Positions 52,886 to 64,000 of a DNA stretch of 64,000 nucleotides are shown here, one piece after another. The DNA is taken from positions 26,918,037 through 26,982,036 of the forward strand of contig JAUZTB010000027.1 in the NCBI GenBank assembly GCA_034780895.1. The letters run 5' to 3'. The stretch comes from Rhynchobatus australiae. Its lineage: Eukaryota. Made by a program: the position numbers and the translations under genes. The notes beneath the pieces are model-generated. The model saw only the letters and a program-made list of their open reading frames with translations. It searched no databases and was not told the DNA's origin. The stretch's first letter is position 1, and every line of letters begins with the position of its first letter.

Positions 52886-54249
52886 GGAGATTTATGGCTG
52901 ATGTGATTAACCCATGCGGAGAACCTAGCCACAGCTATCATTAAAGATAGGTGAATGCAGGCTGGTAAGCCATAAAAGGAAAAGAACATAAAGTTTACAA
53001 AAAAAAAGAAAAAAGAACTTCAAAATAATTTAGAGAGAGTATTCTGTAAGCTGTCCTTTTGATTCTTGAGGGCANNNNNNNNNNNNNNNNNNNNNNNNNN
53101 NNNNNNNNNNNNNNNNNNNNNNNNNNNNNNNNNNNNNNNNNNNNNNNNNNNNNNNNNNNNNNNNNNNNNNNNNNNNNNNNNNNNNNNNNNNNNNNNNNNN
53201 NNNNNNNNNNNNNNNNNNNNNNNNNNNNNNNNNNNNNNNNNNNNNNNNNNNNNNNNNNNNNNNNNNNNNNNNNNNNNNNNNNNNNNNNNNNNNNNNNNNN
53301 NNNNNNNNNNNNNNNNNNNNNNNNNNNNNNNNNNNNNNNNNNNNNNNNNNNNNNNNGAAAAGTGAAGGAGATTACTGGGAGCAGGGTACACCAGATGGTG
53401 TGGTGCAGGGAGCCAGTTGCCAATAGAGGATGGAGCATGTTAGCCAGTATGGGAGATTTGTTTCTGAATCTAAGTTTACACTGACATGTGATTGCACAGA
53501 TCTCAGTCGGCATTAATAGCAAAGCTAAACTGAGAAGGATCTCAGTTTATTGTCTCAGTGAGGCAACAGAATGCAAGTGACTGCAAATTTAAGAGTGGAT
53601 GGATTTAACTTGTTCAGGATCAGTTAAATACAGTAGACATATTTTTCATACAACTGCAATTCAGGGCATGGATCAAATGCTGTGTATAAATAGCTTGGCA
53701 GAAAAAGAGAGGGAATACCTGCTGTCTGCACAAATTATTCTGTATTTCAGTCCTAGGGGTGCCTGTTTCTCCATCTAGCTGCTCTCTACTGTTAATGATT
53801 TTCCACTGTTCACCTACAATGGACTGATCAGCTAAACATGGAGTGGTATGGGGAGTAGCTTTGACACACCTCTCAAGAGTCTCCATTTGCATGATTTCTC
53901 TTGTTTTATCAGATTAAAATAAACTCCTTTTATACAGTAATATTTCCCCTTCACTTTCCACTCCAGAATTATGTATATTGTTATTGTGGAATCATTTTCT
54001 CTGTTGTTCCTTTCTTTCAAGAATTCTATGAGAACTTCCCCAAGATAATCTCACTTGGTTAACCAGAGGGTGGAGTTAAGGCTGATTCCTGCTCAAAATG
54101 AGAATCAAAGCCACCAGAAACGGCAAACAGATACCAAATAACAAAACAGCAAAGACAGGGACATACAGAAAGTATGTTACAAGTTGAAATGGAGCTTCTG
54201 TGCAAACTGATGTAGGTTGAAAAGATAACAGCTAAGGTTAATAAGCAAA

Positions 54250-54490
54250 ATGGGTAATTGCCGTGTGAGTTAACCTCTTCTCTGAGTCATACAGGTCAAA
54301 AAGGCCCAAGTAGGATCCCTGCACTGTGCTGGATTTTATGGTTTGAGCCAGATAACACAAGGGTAACAATGGCTGAGACTCCTGCTTCTGATTCCTATTG
54401 CTGAGTCCTGGTGACGGATTAGATGTTTGGCAAGGTTGGTATCAGAATTAACCATTATGTTCCTCGAGCAAATGCCTGCTGAGAACACCA
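54250..54490 (+). mobile_element. LF-SINE-like ancient SINE fragment
   Basis: CTGAGTCATACAG...GATCCCTGCACTGTGCTG...CTCCTGCTTCTGATTCCTAT...GCCTGCTGA resembles the recalled LF-SINE consensus. Confidence 0.45.
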
Positions 54491-54494
54491 GTTA

Positions 54495-55110
54495 TAGAAT
54501 CAAGCTATAGAAATTTACATGAGCGAAATAAGCTATATGGTCCTTTATGTTCCCAGGGATCAAAAAAAGGGCAGTTTGAACAAACTCCATTGCAGATCTT
54601 GGTTTATAGCCTTGCAGGTTATGACACACCAAGTACTCATTAAGGTGCTTATTAAATATAATGAAGATTTCTGCCTCCATTGCCCCTCAGACAATGTCAT
54701 AATTTCTCACTACCCTTTGGGTGAAAGGAGCTTCCCTCAGTTCCCTTTGAACCATCCAGAAGTTGTCTTGAATCTATGCCTTCCCCTTATTATCCTCTCT
54801 GATAAGGCAAGCAACTCCATCCTTTTTCATCATATTTCGGCCTCGCCTAAATTTCTGTACCTGGACTAAATCTTGCCTGAGCCTGCTCTGTTCCAAAGCA
54901 AACAGCCCCAGTTAAGCTAATCTTCCCTCGTAATTAAGTTTTCCAGCCCTGGCAACATTCTTGTAAATCCCCTCTGCACCCTCTCCAGTGGTATCACACA
55001 CTTTCAGTAACATGGTGAATGGAACCATATGTAAGACTGTAGCTAAGGTCTAACTAATGTTTCATGCAGTTTTTACACACCTCAATACTTTCACACTCCA
55101 CGCCTCAGCC
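54495..55110 (-). mobile_element. CR1 LINE 3' region, old
   Basis: CCCTGGCAACATTCTTGTAAATCCCCTCTGCACCCTCTCCAG (reverse complement LERVQRGFTRMLPG). The ORF fragment IFNKHLNEYL lies nearby. Confidence 0.8.
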
Positions 55111-55289
55111 GAGTATCTAATATACTAAGGCTTATGCATTAATAATAACCTTTCTTTTGAAATGCTGTAGTGCCTTATAATGTCAAAACAATCGAAGGTG
55201 ATTCAAGTAATAATTATTTTTGGAGTGCAGATTGCTATCTTGCAGGTAAACATGGCACTCATTTTGTGCTGGCAGAATTCACCATTGTA

Positions 55290-55835
55290 TGTACCAAAGG
55301 AAGAAGAGCAGAAGTTGGCCATTCAACCCCACGAGTCAGCCCTGATCTTTTACATCAGACACCATTTTCCTGCCCTTTTCCCATAAGAAAACTGAAATCT
55401 ACTCATCTTCGTTCTGGATGCAATCAATGACTGAGCCTCGACAACTCTTTGGTGCAGGGAATTCCAAAGGTTCGCCACCCTCCTCATTTCTGCCCTAACT
55501 GCCCTACCTTTTATTCTGAATCTGTGATATCTGGTTCTAGATCCATTAGCCATCCTCTTTCATCTGCCCTGTCAAGCCCTCAAATAATTTTGTTTGTTTC
55601 AATGAGATGCATCTCTCACTCTTCTAAACTGTAATGAACAGAGGCTTAGACTGCTCAATCTTTCTTTCTATGACAAATGAATGAATCTTACTCCCACCAT
55701 AGTAAGTATATCCATTTTTAATACACCATATCTAGTCTCACCAAGGCCCTATTATATGGTAAGACATCTTTTCATTTATACTCAAATCTACTTGCAGTCA
55801 AGGGGAAATACCATTTAACCTACTAACTGTCAACT
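55290..55835 (-). mobile_element. CR1 LINE 3' region
   Basis: ORF 55350-55553(-) SRTRYHRFRIKGRAVRAEMRRVANLWNSLHQRVVEAQSL. Confidence 0.8.
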
Positions 55836-55844
55836 GCAACCACA

Positions 55845-56150
55845 TAGGTGGTACAATGGTGAAGCTAGTAGCAATCCAGCAGATGTGGATGCTGTCAGTG
55901 CGGAGCTTGCACATTCTCCATGTGACTGCGTAGGTTTCCTCCAGATGCTCTGTTTCCTCTCACATCCCAAAGATGTGCAAATTGGGAGGTTAATTGACCA
56001 TATTAAATTGCCCCTAGGTAATTGGTATAATCTGGGCTGAGTTCATGGGAATGTAGGGATAATGGGTTATGGGGAAAATTAGTGGAGAACAGGATTTCTC
56101 TGTGAGCTGGCATAGGCCTGAACAGCCTTGATGGCCTGAACGGCCTCCCT
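55845..56150 (+). mobile_element. HE1-type V-SINE
   Basis: GCTGTCAGTGCGGAGCTTGCACATTCTCCATGTGACTGCGTAGGTTTCCTCCAGATGCTCTGTTTCCTCTCACATCCCAAAGATGTG...TAAATTGCCCCTAG. Confidence 0.85.
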
Positions 56151-58769
56151 CAATTTTTGCAAGGAAATTTCACTTTCCGCCAAAGTGGATAATTGTTACA
56201 CATTCTGTTCAATCAACCATGTTCCAATCTGCCCATGTCGCACTCAAAAAAAAAATCCACAACCATTTAATCCTACCTTGGTGGTTTTGGCTATANNNNN
56301 NNNNNNNNNNNNNNNNNNNNNNNNNNNNNNNNNNNNNNNNNNNNNNNNNNNNNNNNNNNNNNNNNNNNNNNNNNNNNNNNNNNNNNNNNNNNNNNNNNNN
56401 NNNNNNNNNNNNNNNNNNNNNNNNNNNNNNNNNNNNNNNNNNNNNNNNNNNNNNNNNNNNNNGTAGTACCTGAACCCATAAACCTGATCCAGAGTTAACA
56501 CTGTTACCATCTGAATCGAGTCATCAAAATGGCCATTGGGCCAAGACTCAAGAATGATCAGCTACCAGTAACTAAAGTTAGTAAAGATTTTTATGAAAAT
56601 ATTGAAGGGGTGATTTAATAATGAGGATTATACCTCATTAGCATGACACTGGAAATTCTGAAGCATGGAGTTAATTAGGGGGTTCAGTAATTGGTCCTCC
56701 TCGACCCTGAAGCAATTTCCTTCATTAACTATTCTGGTGGAACTCTATTTTGATGAATTTCCTTTCTATATTTTTCTGTCTCTTCTCTTTGTTGACTTGG
56801 GCATGGAAAGTTCTGAGGAGCATTCTGTATGGTGATGAGAAAATATGGGTGGGGAGGCTGATATATAAGAAAACTAAATGAATGAATTATGCATACATTA
56901 TGAATTACATTTCTTCTCTATAGATGAATAATTACCTTGAAAGTGTTTTTTAAACAACTATATCCATAGGAAGATTCTACAAGCAGCAAAAGGGATAAAT
57001 GACCAGTTAATCTCTTTTGATGGTGTTAAGGAAAGATAATAACAAAATGAAAAGAAATTGTTAATGAGATCCAATGCATGTGACCCTACAAAATCAGGGA
57101 GGTTATAAAATTAATATCTTGTTAATTAATCTACTAATGGAGCTAATGTATGAGAGCCCACTTAAGATCAAGTTTGATAAAACTACATTTTAAAAAATTT
57201 AACAGTCCCATCTTATAAGATTGGTTATTCCTCATATTAATTACATCTTCCATCCTCATGGATGTTTAATGATTACTTATCAAATCTTTAACCCTCTTCA
57301 CAAAGTACTCCCCCCTTTCACCACCATGAACTACCTCACTGACCTACAATACAGATGTGCTAATATGCTGCTTTCGAAAGCCCCAAGTCACTACCTAGCA
57401 GCAGACAATCAGCTCCACATGAACTTAATCTCCCTGAAATTAACTTANNNNNNNNNNNNNNNNNNNNNNNNNNNNNNNNNNNNNNNNNNNNNNNNNNNNN
57501 NNNNNNNNNNNNNNNNNNNNNNNNNNNNNNNNNNNNNNNNNNNNNNNNNNNNNNNNNNNNNNNNNNNNNNNNNNNNNNNNNNNNNNNNNNNNNNNNNNNN
57601 NNNNNNNNNNNNNNNNNNNNNNNNNNNNNNNNNNNNNNNNNNNNNNNNNNNNNNNNNNNNNNNNNNNNNNNNNNNNNNNNNNNNNNNNNNNNNNNNNNNN
57701 NNNNNNNNNNNNNNNNNNNNNNNNNNNNNNNNNNNNNNNNNNNNNNNNNNNNNNNNNNNNNNNNNNNNNNNNNNNNNNNNNNNNNNNNNNNNNNNNNNNN
57801 NNNNNNNNNNNNNNNNNNNNNNNNNNNNNNNNNNNNNNNNNNNNNNNNNNNNNNNNNNNNNNNNNNNNNNNNNNNNNNNNNNNNNNNNNNNNNNNNNNNN
57901 NNNNNNNNNNNNNNNNNNNNNNNNNNNNNNNNNNNNNNNNNNNNNNNNNNNNNNNNNNNNNNNNNNNNNNNNNNNNNNNNNNNNNNNNNNNNNNNNNNNN
58001 NNNNNNNNNNNNNNNNNNNNNNNNNNNNNNNNNNNNNNNNNNNNNNNNNNNNNNNNNNNNNNNNNNNNNNNNNNNNNNNNNNNNNNNNNNNNNNNNNNNN
58101 NNNNNNNNNNNNNNNNNNNNNNNNNNNNNNNNNNNNNNNNNNNNNNNNNNNNNNNNNNNNNNNNNNNNNNNNNNNNNNNNNNNTCATGGGGTACCTTTGA
58201 ACTTTCTGCATAGTAAGTGCTCTGTTAAACCAGCAGATAACATATGCAATTTCAGGGTCTTTTGTTAGATTGAGAGTGCGATAATATTTCAGGTATCATG
58301 TCACATGGTCAAACTTCTGCAAATGCTTCCAATCAGACTTTGCAACTCCAGTGAAAGTCAAAGTGAAACTCTTGTGAAACTGCAGTTAAAGAGACCCGAA
58401 GGATCAACCCTTTCTCAGTGTTGATGTAACTAACTCAGTCAGCGTGACAGTGTAGCCATTAAATAGCCCAGAGGAATAAGCTAAGTTTCTGGCTCTGCTG
58501 TATGCTGCAAATCATACGGAGGATAAGATCTGACTTACTTAAATAATTGATTTCCTTGGGTTCATGCATGGAAAATGACCAGTCATTGACTACAGAGCCT
58601 CTGAAACTCCATGTGAGTCAATGACTTCAGGAAAGGAAAATTGAAAAAAATCTGTCTGAGTATTTTCTTTTGCAACTTACTTGATAAAAGAACATAGTTT
58701 TCACTTTAATAGCCTGGATAACATGCCTAAACTTCAAATATAATTAATTGGCTTCGAAGCTCTTTATTA

Positions 58770-59815
58770 ACAACAGCTTGCATTAAAATAACACCTTCAG
58801 TGTTATAAAACATTGTGAAGTACTTCACAGGAGTGGTGCTGAACAAGGTTTGACACTAAACCACTTCCAGAGATATTGCTCTGGATTCTGATGGTAAATT
58901 CCAATGCTTCCAAGCAGAGCAACTGGTACTTATCAATTTAAGTGGCAGCAGGTCCAGGAATTCTGTATATGCGTAGTCAGAGAAGTTCGGAACTTTGAGT
59001 ATGTTGTAATATATTGGATGTATTGATATGCTTCATTACTGGACTCTTCTTAGAGTCTGGTGTCAGAGGTCAACCTTGCTGAGATCGTGCTGGGGAATCA
59101 ACTCTTGAATCCTATGCCAGCTTACGCCTGGCACAGCATCTGCTACCTTATAGGTATTAATGGAAACTGTAGGGAAGGAAGGAAAATAAGTTCCTTTTTC
59201 TTTAATTGTTTCAGTTTGTTTATGTTTTATTTATTTATGGTTAAAATGTTTTAGTTGTCTTTAATAATGTTTAATTTTTTTATTTTAAGTTATATTAAGT
59301 TATTTATTTCACTTTAATAGATTTTAGGAAAAGGAGTAAACTAAGCTTTCAGGGTAGGTTTGGGGATGGACCTTCTGCAGTGCACTAGTAGAGGCCCTAC
59401 TGCAACTAGGGATTTTTTTCTCTGGAATCACAGTGCTTCTGGACAGCAAAATAGGACCCCCTCATCCAGATCAGGCATGGACCGATGCCAAGTAGCAATT
59501 GTGGTGACGTGCCTATGATCATAAGGTCTGACTCATTTGAGGCAGGAAGGTGGCCATTATGGAGCACCTTCAAGCTGCAGAGAGAAATAGAAAGAGGTAG
59601 AGATGTTTAGGGAGGGAATTCCAGAACTTAGGAATGAAGCAGCTGAAGGCAGGACTGCCAGTGCTGGAGTGTTTAAACTTGGGGATATACAAGGTATCAG
59701 AATTGGAGGAGCACAAAGTTCTCAGTAAGCTGTAGAGCTATTGAGATCTACCATTAGAAAAGAGTGAAATAATGGATAGATTTAAAAATAAGAAAAGTAA
59801 ATTAAAATGAGGCCT
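58770..59815 (-). mobile_element. L2 LINE 3' end in two pieces (58770-58880 and 59550-59815) separated by a ~670-bp insert
   Basis: AACAACAGCTTGCATT..ACACCTT..CTTCACAGGAG (L2 terminus) and GTTTAGGGAGGGAATTCCAGAACTTAGG..GCAGCTGAAGGCA..AGAATTGGAGGAGCAC (L2 ORF2 end). Confidence 0.65.
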
Positions 59816-61444
59816 TTCAGGGTCGGACATGAGGATGTGAAAGATTCCGTGTAAATGTCTATTTCTCAAAGACCCAACAGAGTGAGTTGTGATAATTTAT
59901 GACTGTTCCAACCACAAGAAACCGATATGTCTGGTGCATGCACTGAATGGAGGCGAGAAGAACTGCTTTATTAAAGGATTCACATTGGTAATGATGAGCA
60001 TGGAGGAAAGCTTGAAAAAAAGTATGCTTACCAGAAAAAGATTGAATAACAACAAAACATCCTGAATAATCACTGCATGCTTGGAATCATTTTATCTGCT
60101 ATAAAGTTAACCTTATTATGTGTTCCTCACAACTACACATCTTAAATTTGGTCCTTCAGAATTCTATGGCTAACATAATGTTCTAGATCTATCTGATAGC
60201 ACATTGTTTTAGACTAATATGAAAACCTTCAACATAATGGACTGCTTAAGGTCAGTGTGTTACTGTGCAATATAACATAGTGTTCTAGGTCACTTGAGAG
60301 CGGCAACACTTAATTAATTTTAACATTATCACATAGTTTGATGTAAAATTCAAAACCACTGTGGTATTTTGCAACATCAGTATACTAGTCTGGATCAATG
60401 TGATGTCATCACAATATCACGCTTTGTTTTATTAATTTATTTGATTTTTATAGCACATACCAACAGTCAAAGCTCTTCTGAAGAATATTTTCTCTTTATA
60501 GAAGAGTTCTTACAGTTGAGCTGATCTGTTTGGTTGGAATAGACTATCAGTTTCTGCAGTTATGTTTCATTGATGAATACATTTATATTTCAGCTTCTTA
60601 AAAAGAAAGGTATGGCACACAGCTCATTAGAGAAGTCCTGCAGAATAAGTACGTTAACCATAATAAACGCAGTGTTCAAATTATTGCAAATTACATTCGT
60701 ACAACATACTGTAAGAACATAATATTCTGTCAGCCTGTACATTTACAAATACTCAATAATATTTATCCTGCTAAAGTAGTGACAAAAATGTCAAGAAAAT
60801 AGTGAAATGGGCAGTTTGTGCTTTGAACAAGCCAGCATAAAGTCAATATATCAAATGGCCTTCTTCGGTGCTTTAGTATTCTTTGATCCAGAAAGGCATA
60901 CTTTTGGCAAATTCAAATTGATATCAAGTCTGTTCCACTCTACTAAACTAATTCTGGTGCTGAACAGAGAATAACATAAGGATAGAAAGAGATGGAACAA
61001 GAGAAAAAAATAGAGAAGGTTGAGAGCAGATGGAGAGGGATTCCATCTCATGTATGAGCACACACGCATACCTCACACTTTTTCTGTATGCCTTGTGTTG
61101 GTTTGGTTTGTACTGTGAATCAGTGGGAGTCCAAGAGGACCTAGATCCTTCATCACATATTTACATTCTTCAATGTCAATTCAGCTCTTTAGTTTAATAG
61201 TCCATTGCTACCAAACTTCTTTTTATTCTTGTCAATATTGTCAAGTGAACTTTATGCCCATAAAGACCTTTTGTGATAGTAGATGAACATAGTAAGTGTT
61301 TCATTATCCCTGCATTAATCAGCTTTTAGATGGATTTATACATGGCTTAAGATTCTGAATGAATATTGTCACATTTTAAACATGTGTTGGTAAGTGCTAA
61401 CAACAGCAATATGTTGGATATCATTTTCTTTGGTTTTGATCACA

Positions 61445-62072
61445 TTTTAACATTATATAGTTTTCATTCATAAAGCATTAGGCACCACATTTTAGTTATT
61501 AGCAAATGTTAGTGCAACAAGCAAAATTCTTATTTCACTCTATGTAGAAGCCTCTAGAGTGAACATTATATGACAACATTTCTCCAGACTTGCTGGAATT
61601 TAATTGAAACCTCAGTTTTCTTCTTTAGGGTATATGTAAAATGTCCTGTTTCCAAGCAGCCATGCCCAGAAGCTCCTAGATTGATTAGCAAAGCATTGGG
61701 GTCCTATTTCGAGAGACAAGGTTCAGATCCCAGTGTTCATTGCCAATGCTAACAGTTCAAATGGCAAGGAACACTGGGATTTGAACCCTGTCTCTCTAAA
61801 TAGGCCCCCAATGCTTTGATAATCAATCTTGGAGCTGCGGGGCATGGCCGCTTGGAAACATGATGCTTTGGATATACCCTGAAGAAGAAAACTGTAGTTT
61901 CAATTAAACTCCGGCAAGTCCATAGAAGTGTTGCTGACTCACTGTACACTATTTTCCCTGAAGGCATTTATCATACAGTTAACTTAGAGTTTGGTTTGGG
62001 TAACAACGTTGCTATTAAATGGATAAAATCTTGTGTGTAATGCTTTATGAACGAAATGTACATTATGTAAAA
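61445..62072. repeat. Long fold-back inverted repeat (inner arms 61574-61745 and 61762-61933)
   Basis: Manual alignment of the inner arms gives 172 bp with no gaps, about 25 mismatches (about 85% identity) and a 16-nt loop. The outer arms are gapped but contain exact TTCATAAAGCATTA (61467-61480) versus TAATGCTTTATGAA (62038-62051). Confidence 0.95.
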
Positions 62073-62599
62073 ATAATGTATCTATCAAAATTATTTAATA
62101 GAAATTAGTTGACAATACTTAATGATAAGTTTTTCTTTAAAGAATGACAGTCCCCAGTCACTACCTGAAGCACCATATCTTCTGGAGAACATCATAAGTT
62201 TTGGCTTGTAGAATGATGTAAACAGTTCATGAGGGTGAGCTTTCTATTCTGACTGCCTGCAGTAATATGCCAACATGAAGTGGTGATGATAACTCTTAAG
62301 AAGTCTATAGGGATGGCTTTTCCACCATTGGAGATAGGAGGAAGAAACTGTGGGTGGGAAAGGGGCAGGGTGGTGGAATTCAGTGTTGTTGGGGAAAACT
62401 CAGTGTTGAGACCGGTATTCCTAAGAATGGATAAATGACTGAATGTAGAATATAGGCACCTGTTGAAATAAACTAGGCTGTCCCAGCACCTTTTCCAATC
62501 AGAGCACTAAGGCTTTAATTTAAATTTACCATCTGCAATATTCAAAATGTTTAATGCTTGAAAAAATTGATACCAGCCGCATCAGAACACTAATAGAAG

Positions 62600-63560
62600 G
62601 ACATCTGGCCCAGTAATAAAAATCAGTCACTCAGTTATCAGCCGCTCAGTTATCATTATTTGACACGGCTGGGATCCTGCTCCATGAAGAAGAATCCAGC
62701 CATTTTCAAAAATAAATAAAAATGAAGTAGGTTGAAGACAGCATTGAGCAGTTCTTAATCTCACTGATCACTCCACTGCAATCTACAGTAGGTGGTGTTT
62801 ATAGCTAACTCAGTCTAGATCTAAAAACAGATGCAATGACCATTGCTGCCCCCATGATGCACATAGTTAAATGACAAACCAGTAGTTGGTATATCTGGTC
62901 TCTAAAAGTGAGTTGTTTATCGAAATCCCCACTTGAACACAGGCATCTGAAGCTAAGTCTCCATCCCATAAAGATATTGAATAGCCTTTTTATGGCTCAT
63001 GCACATTTCTTATTATTACATCTGCAAAAAACATTACAAAGAATTTACAGCACATAATCAGCCCATCTGGTTTACACTAATTTCTGTTTCACACAAACCT
63101 CTTCCTGTCAGTCTCTCAACATACCCTGCCACTCCTTTCCTCCTCGTTCACTTATCGAGCCCACTCTTAAAAGTACCAGGTTACTGACACATTTAATTAA
63201 AGCTGCTGCTGGTTTCCCTTGGCACCACCAACCCTTAGAACCTCATCCAAGTGACCATTCATCATGTATGAGCCTAAACTGCGAGCAGAGAAGCGGCCTA
63301 TTTATCTTTGTGGCAGCATAGCTAATTTTGTGTGGGTCCACACTTGGCATCTATGCACATTCACTTTCAAATAGTAGTTATTGGCTGATGATGGAGAGGA
63401 GAAATGCTAGCTGATTCTTCTGCCCTCTGCCCTGGGGTTGATGAGGATTGTTCTATTTCTGGGCAACATCAGTTAATGCAGTGCACGTAAGGCAGTCAGC
63501 ACAATAGATGTTTAGCCATGGTCTAGCCAAGTCGAGTGTGCAGCATCTCACCAGGCTGTA
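62600..63560 (-). mobile_element. One or two LF-SINE-like ancient SINE fragments
   Basis: ACCTCATCCAAGTGACCATTCATCATGTATGAGCCTA and GCTGATTCTTCTGCCCT (63240-63430), plus TAGCTAACTCAG (62801-62813), resemble the reverse complement of the recalled LF-SINE consensus. Confidence 0.45.
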
Positions 63561-64000
63561 CACTTCATCATTCAAATAAAATCAAATCTAAGGTTACAGA
63601 TGCATGCACATCTCTGCCCCATAAGATAAAATCTAATGTCGCATTTTTTTTCATTCAGTGAATTTTATTCTCTGGTATTAAATGTATTGGGTTAATTGGT
63701 CTTAGGCAGTTCTAGATGCTTTTTCTTTCCTTGCTGAGCAACTTTTTTTTCCAGGCTGGCAGGAACTCAGAAACCTTCAGCTTCTTACCAGTAAAACTAG
63801 CCACCCAACTACGTTTTGCTTTTGGTCTCCAACCTCCCCCCACCAGCCCACCTCCTCCCACCACTCACTTCCCCCATCTTCTTTCCCGCTTACTCCATAC
63901 TTTTCTTTCCAACCAACATTGACTCAGCACACTCAGAAGCTGTTGCACCAGTGAAGATCAGGGCGGAAACATGGAGGCAATGTACGTATGGGCAGTAATC

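Noticed and set aside
61570-61967. Two similar small ORFs on opposite strands (60 and 72 aa), suggestive of a toxin-antitoxin or paralogue pair
   Set aside because: The similarity follows from the DNA inverted repeat. There is no coding signature, splice context or known domain.

Overview
Vertebrate draft-assembly DNA (AT-rich, many N gaps), not prokaryotic. The repeat content (HE1/V-SINEs, CR1/HER1, L2 and Rex1/Babar LINE pieces, Deu-domain SINE, Penelope ends, PIF/Harbinger fossils) points to a cartilaginous fish, probably a ray or skate. The only well-supported protein-coding sequence is a large minus-strand exon of the zinc-finger repressor ZNF536 (41342-39557). It is split by a false 100-N gap and followed by a candidate 11-nt terminal coding exon (G-K-D-stop) whose acceptor is also a consensus donor, a recursive-splice-like site. 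The rest is intron or gene desert with decayed transposons and probable conserved non-coding elements. The most unusual items are a ~630-bp fold-back inverted repeat with an ungapped 172-bp inner stem (61445-62072), the AG|GTAAG switch site, a 4.5-kb two-gene Harbinger fossil, hammerhead-ribozyme relics in Penelope ends, a codon-like 15-bp repeat array, a perfect DR1 element and a CCAAT/ETS/GC-box cluster. Family names come from recalled consensus sequences and were not confirmed by database search. Repeat boundaries are approximate.
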